A DNA stretch of 64,000 nucleotides from Octopus sinensis (lineage: Eukaryota), in assembly GCF_006345805.1 (NCBI RefSeq), contig NC_042998.1:143468001-143532000 (forward strand). Direction: 5' to 3'. Under the pieces are notes generated by a model. It had not been told where the DNA came from and ran no database searches. It worked only from the letters and a program-made list of their open reading frames with translations. Position 1 is the first letter of the stretch. Each line of letters starts with the position of its first letter. Below are positions 25,471-39,278 of this stretch, piece after piece. Position numbers and translations under genes: made by a program.

Positions 25471-25757
25471 TAATTTGTCAATCAGTTACGCTTGTCAAAG
25501 TTCTTTCGTCGCCATTTGCGACTTCATCAATGATATGCCCTCTCTACTCCAGGTCTGCTTCAGGTTTGTCTCAGAAAGAGACAGGCCTGAAGCAGACCGG
25601 GAGACGAAAGAACTTTCACAAGCCTCTTTGACTGATTAACCGTACGATTAACCAAATAATCGAACGCTTACTTGGTTAAATAGTGAACCAATTGAAAAAT
25701 AAATAAAGAAGTGAAATAGAACCAGTGCGAGTATTTATTATTGGCATAATTACCCTC
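25305..25757. repeat. Imperfect foldback element centred on a 26-bp hairpin
   Basis: Arm matches 25305-25362 with 25700-25757 and 25491-25513 with 25600-25622; central hairpin at 25547-25603. Confidence 0.75.
25494..25533 (-). ncRNA. Minimal hammerhead motif with C3U change
   Basis: TCA-TTGATGA-A-GTCGC-aaatg-GCGAC-GAAA-GAAC-T-T-TGA; perfect 5-bp stem II. Confidence 0.55.
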
Positions 25758-26829
25758 CAAAGAATCAACACAATTATATAAGCAAATGTAATAGTTTTTC
25801 TTGTTAACAAACTTACATAAAACAAATGGTTCTGTATTTTGTGTGATAATTTTGATTTATTTGCTTATAGAACGAAAGAAGAGATAGCTAAAGGAAATAT
25901 ATTTTTAACATTTTAACATGAAAGGAAGGAAAGAAAATATGGAAGAAATTGAATTGAAGAACGTAAAGTCAAAGAGAGAAAAGTTATTACTTTTACACAA
26001 GTGAATACAATAGAAATATAGATTCGGAAAATGAAACAAAAATGATGATGATGATAATGAAAGTGATGATGATGATGATGATGATGACGACGACGACAAC
26101 AACAACAACAACTCTGTTTTCAATTCCATAAAGTTAATGAAACTAATCATGCATTAATTGAAATGACGATTACGAATATTGAAGCAGAAAAAGACGGATA
26201 TTTAATCTCTGAATACATTTATTTCAATAATCTGTGGAATAAATAGAATATCGGTTTATTTCTTCTCGAATAAAAACTGCCGAGTGTTTGAGATGTCTCT
26301 TATCGGTTTTCTGGTGTTATTGGTGCAGTTAGTTACGGAATGGTTTCTATGGCATCGATAATTAGGATAATGTCGTAGATGTCGCAGGCTAACTGAAATA
26401 GAAAGCGAAAAGGAAATTGTAAGATAAGAGAGGCTAGATCTGAGTTCTGGAGGTAGGGGAGGGTGATGAACGGTTGGAAAAAATTATTAATTCAGCATTT
26501 GAAAAAAGCTATGACAACAACCAAGTTAGTGATAGTATGAAGTGGGTGATATATGAACACGAAGTGATTGAAGGATCAAGAATATTAGAAGGCCGTGTAA
26601 GTTTTGTTGAAGAAACATGACGATGGATCAAATATACTTGGAGGACGTAAATGAACAATAAGTTGGTTATCAAAAGATTTGTTTTTGTTTCATTTTACTG
26701 GATGCAATTTATGAAGTATAAGAATATAATAAGTTGCGTAGCCTAGTGGTTACGGTGTTACATTCACTATCGTAAGTTTATGGTTTCTATTCTCGGACTG
26801 GGCTGTGCATTGTGTTCTTGAGCAAAACA

Positions 26830-27840
26830 CTTCAGTGAGTCCTCAGGCACCTCCTCAACAGGGTCCTATCAGAAGCAACCGTCGTTACATTTTCCTGCTA
26901 GATTGCCAAGCGTAACCAACTGAAACTTTGGATATTATCCAACCATTTTGTGCTTGATCTACCCCTACGTTTCTAGCCAGTTTGTTCGGCTTGAAGAATC
27001 CGTCTTGTGATATTTTCCTACGACACTCTGACCACATGTCCGTAGTACTGAAGCTGTGATCCCTAAATCCTGGAGAGACACCTTGATATTCGGAGAAACT
27101 CCTTTTTCGGTCGCTTGCATTCAAGATCGTACTCTTTTGATCATTACCCAACGTTTGATCATTACCCAAGCTGAAAGATAGGCTCGGAAACCGAATTGAA
27201 GATTACAAGTCTTTTTTTTTTTTAAAAACCTCTACTCTTCTGAGGACTGAATATTTGAGCGGGTGCATTACTGTACCAGCACCGACAATTCCAGCATCCA
27301 ATTCGGCCACAATATCTCAAAGAAAATCATGAACTTAGAAGGAATGGGAAAGTGACCAACACGTCAGATCTACTTCCGAAAACGTCATGTCAGCGACCAG
27401 TTTTGGGGATCTCACATTGACCTACCTAGCCATATTCGACTCCACAGAAGTTTAATCTAGTGGACAACCATCCTTGCTCCCAAGGGATTGCTATGGTGTA
27501 ATTTAACAGTAACGGCGTAGAAAATCAGTGGCGTGTGACCATGTTGTATAGGTCTTCGAACGGCTCCAGTGTTCAATGTTTCAAATATACTCTGGTGTAA
27601 CACTATTTTGACGTAGCTGTTTCGTTTGTTCCGGTCAGAAATGTAAGCCATTCTGTCGGGTACTACGTGAAGGTAGGAATCTTGTTAGGATGCTTTTGGT
27701 ATTGTTATCCAAGTCCTTTTTGCAGCTGATGTTTAATCCTTGCTCAATAATGTTCCACTCGTGGCCATCTCATTTTATATAAGGCACAGTGTATTCAGGA
27801 CTATATTATCTTTAAACCTTTCATCTCGTCGTATTTAAAG
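26830..27840 (-). mobile_element. Highly degraded LINE RT fragment
   Basis: Minus-strand motifs resembling RFLPSRST (GFRxxRST), AYISDR..YVKI and WLDNIQSFS; 26845-26980 is similar to 59165-59295. Confidence 0.35.
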
Positions 27841-28864
27841 CTTCGTGCATTTAGGACTATATTAGCCAATATGTTTTTTCTTAAAGGTTGAATGAAATTT
27901 GAGGGGATTTGGTTGTTACTTCTAGCAAATCGCACGACTTAACTGAGGCACATTCGTTGGCTTGTAATATCGCTTCTCATGTTGGCGCTAGTAGTGATGG
28001 CTGCGGTTGGATTACTGTTCATATTGTTTGTGTTGTAGTTGAAATTGCTACTGCCGCTGCTGCTGCAACTGCCCTCGCTGACAATAACGATGACGATAAC
28101 TATGTCAGTGATGATCATGAGAAGGAGGATGGTGGTGGTGATGATGATGATGATGATGATGGTGTGGAAGAGAGTGAAAAAGAAGAGGCTGGTGGTAGTG
28201 GTGGTGGTGGTTGTTCAGCTGAAATTGATGCTGTTTTTTTTTGGTATTGTTATTGATACTACTTCTGCTTCTCTTTTATGTTTTGTTGTTGTTAGTGTTG
28301 CGTTTCGCATTACATAACCTGCTGCTACTATTGCTGCTGTTGCTGTTGTTTCTGTTTTTGCTGCCATTTCTGTGAATTCAGTCATTGCATGCTATTTTTG
28401 GCATTTCTTGCTGCTGTAATTTTTTTTTCTGCAGTTGTTGCAGTTGTCAGAATTGTACATTTTTATATTGTTGCTGTTGTTGTTGCATGTCGTTGCTGCT
28501 ATTGCTGTTGTGTGTTTTTTCTGCATTTTTTTTTTAGTGTTGTTGTTGTTGTTGCTACGGTCCTGGCTATAACGTAGCTGCTTCCTTTTGTTCATTTCGG
28601 GTGGATGGTTTTATGACGTCGGGTGAGGGCACTTCAGAAATTGACTAATATCAGGGTGGCGAAGGAACGGCAGGCGGGTGGGGTTTAAGAAGGAGACAGA
28701 AATTGTGATATGAAGAGGAAGGTTCATTGATAGAGCTGTATATTGAGAGAGAAAGACAGAGAAAGATAGATAGATAGATAGAGGGGGCAAAGTGAGAGAA
28801 GGGAGAGAGAGAAGAGGGAGAGAAAGTGTATGTGAAGGAGGGAAGCATACACACACATACGTAA

Positions 28865-28932
<68 letters not shown>

Positions 28933-28986
28933 CATACATACATATATGTATATACATATGTATATATATATGTGTGAATATATATA

Positions 28987-29047
<61 letters not shown>

Positions 29048-29984
29048 CATATGCATACATATACATACGCAAATAACTATATACATATATACACAGATAC
29101 ATACATACATATATGTATGTACACACGCCCATATATATATATATATATGCATATGTGTGTGCCTGGATGTGTGTATATATGTATAAACGAGTGAAATAGA
29201 GAAGGGAAAAGAAAGAAAGAGAGGATGAGGGAAGAAAGAAAGTCCGGCGAAGGAGAAAAAGACAAAGAAATTTTCCCAAAAACTTTAATTGAGAAAAAAA
29301 TGGAGAAGAAGAAGAAATTGAATGAAAAATCTTAAAGAGGAAACTGATGAAGAAGTTGGTAAAACAAACGAAAAGAAATTGAAAAAATACGAATTGAGAT
29401 AAAAGAAAACAGAAAAAATATGATAAAAATAGTGAAAAATAGTACAAGGTAAATGAATAACAAACACGAAAAAATAAAAATGAAGAGAAAATATAAGGAA
29501 GAAAGAAATGAACGGAAGGAAAAGAAAAATATTTTAAAAGAGAGATAAAAAGGGAAAGGGAAAACAAGGATGTTAAAGAAAAATTAAATTTTAAAATGGA
29601 CCCCAAATGAAAAGCGATGAAGCGAAGTTGAATAAAGAGGGAATGACGCCGAATGATATATTAAGTGGAACGAGAGGCTTAGGGAGAAGTAAGGGAGAAA
29701 GAGGAGAAGAAATGGGTAGAGATTTAGGAAAGGTAGAAGCTAAAGAGGGAAAATATGAACTTAAAAATTAATGAATTGATGCAGACATAGCTGTGTGGTT
29801 AACAAACTCGTTTTGTAATCACAAGGTTTCGAGTTTAGTTCCTTTGCAAGACACCGTGGGTAAGTGTCCTTCCACAATAGCTCTTGACTGGACAGTGCCT
29901 TGTGAGTGAATTTGGTCGACAGAAACTGAGGATAAGTATAAATATACCATAGGAATTTAGAAACTTCGAGAGAATTATCGAAAT

Positions 29985-30405
29985 GAAAGGCGGCGAGCTG
30001 GCAGAAACGTTAGCACGTCGGGCGAAATGCTTAGCAGTATTTCATCTGTCGTTACGTCGTGAGTTCAAATTCCGCCGAGGTCGATTTTGCCTTTCATCTT
30101 TTCGGGGTCGATAAATTAAGTACCAATTACGCACTGGGGTCGATGTAATCAACTTAATACCTATGTCTGTCCTTGTTTGTCCCTTCTATGTTTAGCCCCT
30201 TGTAGGTAATAAAGAAATAGGTATTTCATCTGCCGCTACGTTCTGAGTTCAAATTCCGCCGAGGTCGACTTTGCCTTTCATCCTTTCGGGGTCAATTAAA
30301 TAAGTACCAGTTATCACTGGGGTCGATATAATCGACTTAATCCGTTTGTCTGTCCTTGTTTGTCCCCTCTGTGTGTAGCCCCTTGTGGGCAGTAAAGAAA
30401 TAAGA
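29985..30405 (+). mobile_element. SINE family 2, tandem dimer
   Basis: GAAAGGCGGCGAGCTGGCAGAAACG head followed by two body units ending AAAGAAATA. Confidence 0.8.
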
Positions 30406-30459
30406 ATTATCGAAATGATTGGACTTTTTTTTTCTAAACGGTAGAACTTGAAGTAGATA

Positions 30460-30930
30460 AAACTATAAATATTAGCTTCAAATTTTGGCACAAGTTCAGA
30501 AATCTCGGGGAAGGGGCTTAGTCGATTACAATTATCCCATATTCGAGTGGTATTTATTCTATCGACCCCCAAAGGATAAAAGGCAAGTCAACCTCGGTGG
30601 TATGTGGACTCAGACGGACGAAATGTCGCGAAGCATTTGTCTGGCGTGTTAACGATTCTGCCAGTTCGCCGCCCTAATAATGATCCTTTCTACTATAAGT
30701 ACAAGCCCTGAAATTTTAGTTTCTAATTTTAGCACAATCCAGAAATTTCGGAGTAGGGGTTAAGTCGATTACAATCAGTCAGTACTCAACTGGTACTTAT
30801 TCTAACGACCCCGAAAGGATGAAAGGAAAAGTCGACCTCGGCAGAATTAGAACTTAGAAAGTAAAGACGGACGAAATACTGCTAAGCATTTTGTCCGGAG
30901 TGCTAACGATTCTGCCAGCTCAACGTCTTA
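30460..30930 (-). mobile_element. Two diverged SINE family 2 copies
   Basis: CGACCCC..GAAAGG..GTCGACCTCGG..GATTCTGCCAG motifs in reverse orientation. Confidence 0.65.
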
Positions 30931-31489
30931 GATAAAAGTATAAAAAAAGTAGCTAGTAAATATTGGATTGAAAACATTTGGGTAATCCTCGATAGTTTTT
31001 ATGCAAAAGGCTTTGACTCAATACTGATATGCTTTTTTATAGTTTTATGTGTGAGTGTATGCGTGTGTGTGTATTTGTCTCCCGCCACCGCTTAACAACT
31101 GGTGTTGGTTTGTTTGTGTTCCTTTAACTTAATCGGTTAGATAAAAAAAAACCCGCTAGAATAAGTATAAAAAATAAGTACTGAGGTCGATTTTTTCGAC
31201 TAAAAGCTTCAAGTCGGTACCTTATGGCGGTCCAATGACTGAAACAAATAAAAGATAAATTTATAAATAAATGACTAAAAGCCACAAAAAAGAAAGTCAC
31301 GAATATTGAGAGCGAAAAATAGTAAAGAAAAAGCTGAAAATATTTTATAGCTTGAAATATGAAAGCCACGAAAAACAAATATATAAGTGAAATAAAATAA
31401 AATGAAATTAAGAGTGAGTGAGCGAAAAAAAAATGAATTAATTTCTGAAAGAAAGCGAAGTCTTTCCTCCACCTCACCCTTATATAGGT

Positions 31490-31895
31490 GCAGGCGTGGC
31501 TGCATGGTAAAAAGCTTGCTTCCCAACCACATGGTTCTGGGTTCAGTCCCATTGCGTGGTACATTGGACAAGTGTCTTCTACTGTAGCAACGGGCCGACC
31601 AAAGCCTTGTGAGTGGATTTGGTAGACGGAAACTGAAAGAAACCCGTCGTGTATATATATTGTATATTTATATCTATGTGTGTGACTGTGTCTTTGTTTG
31701 TCTCCCCATCACCGCTTGACAACCGGTATTGTGTGTTTATGTCCCCCGTAACTTAGCGGTTCGGCCAAAGAGTCTGGTAGAATAATTACCAGGCTTAAAA
31801 AAATAAGTCCTGGGGTCGATATGTTCAACTAAATGCTGGTGTTCCAGCATGGTCGCATTCACATGACTGAAACAAGTAAAAGAATAAAAGAATTA
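31490..31895 (+). mobile_element. SINE family 1, apparently full length
   Basis: tRNA-like head, internal (TA/TG)n, tail ending GACTGAAACAAGTAAAAGAATAAAAG. Confidence 0.8.
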
Positions 31896-32093
31896 AAGAC
31901 TATATATCATGAATATAAATTTAGAGGAGGTGCAAAGTCTCTATATAAAAAAAGCAATGGAGAAAGAAGCAGATAAAGCGGGAGGAGATAATTGATAGAT
32001 AAATAGATAGATAAAAAGACAGACAGACCAAACAGACAGACCAGACAGGCAGATAGATAGTTAGTTAGATAAATAGATAGATAGACACAGAGT

Positions 32094-32154
<61 letters not shown>

Positions 32155-32155
32155 G

Positions 32156-32208
<53 letters not shown>

Positions 32209-32317
32209 GTAGATAGATAGATAGTTAGTTAGATAAATAGATAGATAGACACAGAGTTAGATAGATAGATAGATAGATAGATAGACAGACAGACAATAGA
32301 TAGATAGACAGACAGAC

Positions 32318-32358
<41 letters not shown>

Positions 32359-32596
32359 CATACATACATACATACATACATACATACATACATACATACA
32401 TACATACATACATACATAGAAAAAATAAAGACACACGCACATACACATACAAGTAAAAGAAAGAATGTGCGACAAAGAGGCAACAAATAAATATTCTATG
32501 ATGTGAAACAAATATAAGAGTTGCCAGAATAAGTGTAGAAATATGACACGAAACAACAATCAGAGAATGTGTACAATGAAACAAACATGCAAAGAT

Positions 32597-32641
<45 letters not shown>

Positions 32642-32859
32642 TATGCATGTATGTATGAGTATATGTATGCATGTATGTATGTATGTATGTATGTATGTAT
32701 GTATGTATGTATGTATGTATGTATGTATGTATACATGCATGTATATATGTATGTATATGTATGATTTGCAAATATACATAAGAATTATACATAAATATAA
32801 AAAGTAAAAAGTAAAAAGTTATGCAATAAATATAAATATATATATATAAAATTAAAAAT

Positions 32860-32891
<32 letters not shown>

Positions 32892-33261
32892 GTATATATA
32901 AAAACAAAAAAAGTAGGATGTGTTAATAAGAATTACATATAAATAATATTGTATAAAGAAAAGTAAAAGATATGCAATTAAAAGGTATAAATATATATAT
33001 AAAGTAAAATTAAACATATATACACATAAAAAAGAAAAGCTATATACATATTTACAGACATTTTGTTGGATGGCCGTTGACTGTTCAGAAGTTCATCCGC
33101 CCTTTGACTGGTATTATTTTTCATCCCGCAGGGTGTCCAACAACACCCTCCTCACCAAGCAAGCCTGGTGGGGTTGCCAGTTTAGTGGCCGACGACCCGA
33201 CTATGCGACAGGTTGTACTGGATTACATGTAACCAGTAGCACTCAAAAGCGACCTCACATA

Positions 33262-35410
33262 TATATTTAGAACTACAAAGGTATTTAAACGTTTTGACAA
33301 AATGCGGGCAAGTACCTTCCCAACCACAGACAAAAGCGAAATCCCACGAAAATTACTACACAGATCCTTTGACCTCGATTTATACAAGGAGACTAAAATG
33401 GCATCAATCCAGTCTTGCGGCACTTTCTCAGTTCTTCAACAGCGACAAATTAATATATTTAAAAGTTCAAACATTTTGTCACCCCCATATTTCAAGACTT
33501 CTGTACATGTTCCATCAGATCCTGGAGACTTATTGTTATTCAGCAAATAAATGTCATTTAGAGTGGGCTCAAATGCCATCTTTTCTATAACTGGAAAGTG
33601 TTCAATTTTTTCTATCGTCCTCATGTCAACGGATAATGGGTTATTCAAAAGTGCAGAAAAATGTTCTATCCAACGCTTATGAATAGAAGCAATGTCAGTC
33701 AGAAGAAAACATCCATTTGCTGTTCTCACTGGAGCTATTGAGGAAGATTTTGGGCCATATACCTCCTTAACATAAGAGTACAAACCCTTGGCATCATTGC
33801 TTTCAGCTGCTTCTTGTGCCCCTTTTGCTCTATCATTCCACCATTTCTGTTTAATTTTCCTTAGAGCAGTCTGCAATTTCCTTTTCAGCTTTCTGTAAGT
33901 TTCGTTTGAGTTGGGATTCAAGGACTGAGAAAGAAGTGTTTTGCCTAAATTTTGTTTTTCTAAAAGTAGATCATGAATTTCTGCTGATCTATCTGAGAAC
34001 CAGTCACTGGATTTATGAGATTTAAATCCCACAGACAAACTTGCAGCCTGAAATATTTTTGTTTTGAAATCTTCCCATAGATTGTTTGGGTCAAGATTGA
34101 TACTTTCTATAGCTTCGTGGAATCTTTGCGAGTTGATAATTTAAAGTTTGCAACATTCAACTTTTTGGGTACCTTACGAACAGACTGTTGATTTTTAGGC
34201 ATTATCGAAAAATCTATTTTTCCACGGACTAGATGATGGTCAGTCCAGCTCTCTGCCTCTCTCATGGGCCGAACGCTAGAAGCACCTTTCATATCATGTT
34301 TTCTGATCAGAATATAATCTATGAGATACCAATGCTTAGATCTCGGGTGCATCTAGGTGGTTCTATATTTATTTTTCAGAATGTTGACGACAACCAGATT
34401 AGATTATTCTCAGTATAAAACATCAAAAGAGCTATTCCATTTTTATTGCATTTCCAATCCCATGTCGACCTAAAACAGGCCATAGTCCTTTCCATCTCCT
34501 GCATTGAAATCTCCCAATATGACCAGCTTGTCAGAAATTGGTAATTTCCTCAATAGGACATTGTTGGTGCATAAATACTGACAACGGTATTTACTTTTGT
34601 TAGTTTAATACGGCATGACATGATTCATTCAGATATACCACTTGGAAGCCCTGCAATGGAGGATACTAATGTATTCTTGAGAGTAAATCCAACACCACAT
34701 TATCTACGCTGACCCTTAGGTAGGCCTCTCCAAAAGATAGTATAACCATAAGTAGATTCATTTACTTGACCCTCACCAGAGAGATGAGTTTCAGAGAGCG
34801 CAACTATATCAAGGGAATATTTCTTGAGCTCACATGCAATAAGTGCAGTACGCCTTTCTGGCCTGTTGTTGAAATTATCATCAAGAAGTGTGCGCACATT
34901 CCATCAACCGAAATTCAAAGGATGTTTATTTTTACTTTTTCTTGAAGATTGTTTGATCACAGTGGCAGGATGACGAACGGGTCCAGCCTGTGATATACTG
35001 GGACACCTGCTGAGCCAGACCTGTTCCCCTGACGTTCCTAAGCCTTTTTCGCCATATACTGAATCTGTTTGAGGCATTTTAGAGTAAGTTACAAGTGCAT
35101 TTTTAGGTTTCTGCCAACCAACCAAATTCAATGGTTTTACTAAGATTTGGAGTACAGGAAGTACCTGTGCAGATGAATAATTTTCAGTGGGTGTAGCTTG
35201 CACTGCATTACCCCTACCTATTGGCCCAAGAAGACTTTCGCCGGTGTGACATGAAAATTGACAAAACCAGGAACTTCTAAGATCTCAGGTTCTATTTCGG
35301 AGATTTCCTTCTCCTAGGTAGATTACCAACCAAGGTTAAAGAGCTTCTACCTGCCCATTCCAGACACCAAACCGCCACTCCCATTCCAGACACCAAATCG
35401 ACACTCAGAC
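33262..35410 (-). mobile_element. RTE-clade LINE 5' half (5' UTR, APE endonuclease, linker, RT start), inverted and disabled
   Basis: RTLLD..RPERRTALIACELKKYSLDIVALSETHLSGEG; HPRSKHWYLIDYILIR..TDHHLV; NNKSPGSDG..E..KYGG; NFRGISLLSVVGKVLARILSKRL. Confidence 0.92.
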
Positions 35411-35476
35411 ACTCTATAAAGGGATCAAATATCACTCCGGTGACCGACGCGGAGTAGCTCATTCATAGAAGAAAAA

Positions 35477-37195
35477 AATGTTTTTATAATTCCAAATATA
35501 GTATCTGCGTCTCTGTGTGGTTTTCGTTCATCCAGGGACACAGCTGATTGTATCTTTATTGTCAGACAATTACAATAAAAGTGAATTGAACAGAATCTTG
35601 CTCTATACCATTGCTTTGTTGATCTGAGCAAAATATTCGATACTGTTAATGGAAATGCTCTGTGGCTAATTCTAAGGAAAATAGGTTGTCCAGAAAAATT
35701 TCTAAACATGGTCAGATATGAAAGCTAGAGTTAATTTTGGTGGTAGGCTCTCTGAATCTTTTGCTGTGGAAAATGGAGTAAAGCAAGAAGACCTTGATGC
35801 ACTCACCTTCTTTGCAATATACTTTGCTGTTGTGTTGTCACATGCTTTTCAAAACTCTGAGGAGGGCGTTTACATAAAATATCGAACAACAGGAATGCTT
35901 TTAATCTGACCAGACTGACATTCAAAACGAAGGTTTTTACTCCACTCATTAGGGAATTTTTGTATGCTGACGATTACGATCTTGTCAGTCATTCTGAAAC
36001 AGGTCTGCAAACTCTTGTATCTGCATTTGATTCAGCTTGTGATGATTTGGGCTTGACCATCAACTTGAAAAAAACAGTTGTAATGCATCAACCTGCGTGT
36101 GGTGCTGTTAGTAACCCCACTAAAATTTTTGTTAAGGGAAAGTTACTTGAGGTTGTCGATTCGTTCGTCTACCGTGGAAGCTCTGTTCAAAATGATGGAA
36201 ATCTTGGTACAGAAATACAGCTGAAAATTCAAAGGCAGCAACAGCAGTTGGTGGCTTGGAGTCATTCGTTTGGTGCCAGCGACATATAAATATGAATACA
36301 AAGCTGGCTCTTTACAAATCATTTGTCTTACCATCCCTGTTGTATTCATGTGAAACCTGGACTTGTTAGGAAAGGCATTTTAAACCGTTAGAACAATTCC
36401 ACCAAAAATGCCTTCATCGCATTTTAAAAATTTAATGGAGTTCTTTTACTCCAAACGAAGATGTTCTTGCATCTACAGGCATCACCTCAATTAAGGCTAT
36501 GATTTAGTGGAACCAATCGAGAAGGTGTGGCCATATTGTTCGAATGGTAGATGAACGCATGTCGAAACAGCTGTTTTATGGTGAGTTTGCAGAGGAGAAA
36601 TGCTATCGACGTAAACCTAAAAAAAGGTTTAAGAATGGCATATGGACTACTATGAAGTCACTTGGAATGGTTCCAGAAGATATAGAAACCCTTCTGATCG
36701 AGTTGGATGGCGAACAAAGGTGTGGAGTGGAGTAAAATCATTTGAAGAGGCCAGGATAACGTAAGACTCAAAAGAGATCTAAGGAAGAAAGTAACGATCG
36801 AGAAGGTGAATGACAATGAACTTTTTGTGTGCACAGTCTGTGATAGACCATGTCTGTCTTTGGCTGGCCTCAAATCTCATCTGCGAACTCATGGAAAACG
36901 AACCTCCACCAACTATTCTGACTATATGTCTTTGTACACCTTTAATTGCAGTGTATGCCAGAAGGTTTGCAAATCCAACGGAGGCCTCAAAAGACATGTT
37001 AAGATCCACAAAGAGCAGAACTCACCTGCAGGTATTGGTGGTCCAAATCAGAGGTGCAATCTATGTGGGTGTCTTTTCAGAACATTGTCTGGTTTAAAAA
37101 GTCATATCAGACGCCATGATGGTGCTAAGGTGTGGTAAAACAGGAGATGGTAAAACTCTGTATAAGGAGTAGACAACCATCATGTATGTACAAAT
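35477..37195 (+). mobile_element. RTE-clade LINE 3' half (RT, three C-terminal C2H2 fingers, 3' UTR with ATGT tail), disabled
   Basis: CGFRSSRDTADCIF, FVDLSKIFDTVN, NGVKQ, LYADDYDL, GLTINLKKT, RMSKQLFYGE; CTVC..HLRTH, CSVC..HVKIH, CNLC..HIRRH, stop at 37138. Confidence 0.92.
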
Positions 37196-37249
37196 GAATG
37201 TATGTCTGCATGTATGCATATCTATGTATCAATCTCCCCCCTCTCTCTC

Positions 37250-37297
<48 letters not shown>

Positions 37298-37819
37298 CGC
37301 GCGCGCAAAAACGCACAACGCAGACGCAACAGTGTCACACAAATACTTTAAGCACAAACACACACATTCGCTCACACACTAGTCGCACAAAATATACACG
37401 CACATATTAGCTGCAACACACGTGTTTGCACACACACACACACACACACAACTGATAACCTCACACTCGTTAGACTTATACGTTAGACAGCTTTACACAC
37501 TCTCATATGTATACACACATCCTCACACACGCACACACACATCGTTCCACATACATCGTACTCACATACATACACATACACACGCTCCCATCATACGCAT
37601 GTGCATGTTTGTCTACACACACACACATACGCGTTCGCCCATACATACATATACACACGCACACACTGCCTTCACACACACACACACACACCCTTTAGGT
37701 AGCTTACTTGTCACCAACCCTTACTTCCGGTCAATGCAACATGTGAAACCATTCATCTAGACACGCTTTTTGTATCTCTTTCTGTTTTTTCTCTCTTTTC
37801 ATGTTTTCTTTCTTTATTC

Positions 37820-37855
37820 CTTTCTATAGAAAGGCGTACGCCCGAAACGTCAAAG
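37820..37855 (+). ncRNA. Degenerate minimal hammerhead motif (family A)
   Basis: CTTT-CTATAGA-A-AGGC-gtac-GCCC-GAAA-CGT-C-AAAG. Stem I CTTT/AAAG; the 5' core is decayed. Confidence 0.5.
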
Positions 37856-38014
37856 ACGCTTCCATTTTTCCTGAGCGTCAAACTAATTCATTTTTTCTGT
37901 TTTGCCTCCGTTTTGACCAATTTAGTTCCATTTATATATCACCATATACATATATATGTATGTGTGCGTGTGTGTACGTATTACTTACATACATGCATAC
38001 ATAAATACACACAC

Positions 38015-38111
<97 letters not shown>

Positions 38112-38402
38112 ACCAGCAGCAGCGCCAACCTGTGTTTAGGTACAAGCGAACTTGCGCATGAGTATGATGTGAGCGTGTGCATGTGTTTGTCACATATTTC
38201 ATCTTATAAAGGTAAATTCAATGCAGCTACCGTGGAGTAAAAATTCTTTCTTATGGTAAAAAGGAGTAAATTCACAGATATGGTGTTTTTACACCTTTTT
38301 ACCATAAAAGATTTTTTTCTTCACTGTAACTGCTGTGAATTTGCCTTTAGAAGTTGAAATATGTCACAAACATATTAACTAACCTAAAGTTCGTATATAT
38401 AT

Positions 38403-38454
<52 letters not shown>

Positions 38455-39160
38455 AAAACACACATATATTCATAGTACACAGCTGTTTAATTCGTGTGCT
38501 TATCACCACTGATAATATTTCAGTTTCGTACATTATATCTCGCAATTTATTCGACACTGACAATGGTGTCTTTGGCTGTGTTTAGTGCCACCTTAACAAA
38601 TGGAGCGACTGAGAGCAAATTCTAGATAGCTATTTAATCTGGCCTTTGCACTACACAAACCCTGTTTATATAGAAGGAGCTGAGCTCTACACTACAAGTG
38701 AATTAAATGTTGAAGGGAAACAACTTCAACCTCCGGTGAATTACAAGATGGCGAACAAGTAACTATTGAGAATTTACGTGTCCTAATCACAGACACATGA
38801 TAGTGCTGATGTCTCCAACTGCGAACTGAAACCGATATAGTATATCGATTTGTAGTTTCACCTGATTGCTTTGACAAAATGCCATTAATATATTGATCTC
38901 TTATAACCAATACTACAAAGTGGGAGGGCGGAGTGTAGACCTTTTGTCTTGATTTGTTTTCTATAATTCCATACACACGTTGGATGTTTCATAGTAATAT
39001 CACATCGAATCCATTACTTTGATTTGTACATTATGTTATCGACCACGGAAGAAATGAAAGATGAAGTTGACCTCAGCGGAATTTGAACTCATACGGTAAA
39101 GTGCCAGAAGAAATGCCGTAGAGTATTTTGTCCAACGCTCTGACGAGTTTCCCAGTTCAC

Positions 39161-39222
<62 letters not shown>

Positions 39223-39226
39223 ACTG

Positions 39227-39277
<51 letters not shown>

Positions 39278-39278
<1 letters not shown>

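Noticed and set aside
28611-29606. Longest ORF in the track (331 aa, minus strand)
   Set aside because: It translates (TA)n, (CA)n and a pyrimidine-rich tract; no domain-like sequence.
35967-36004. CTGACGA...GAAA that looks like a hammerhead
   Set aside because: It is the YADD codons of the RT and has no stem II or stem I pairing.
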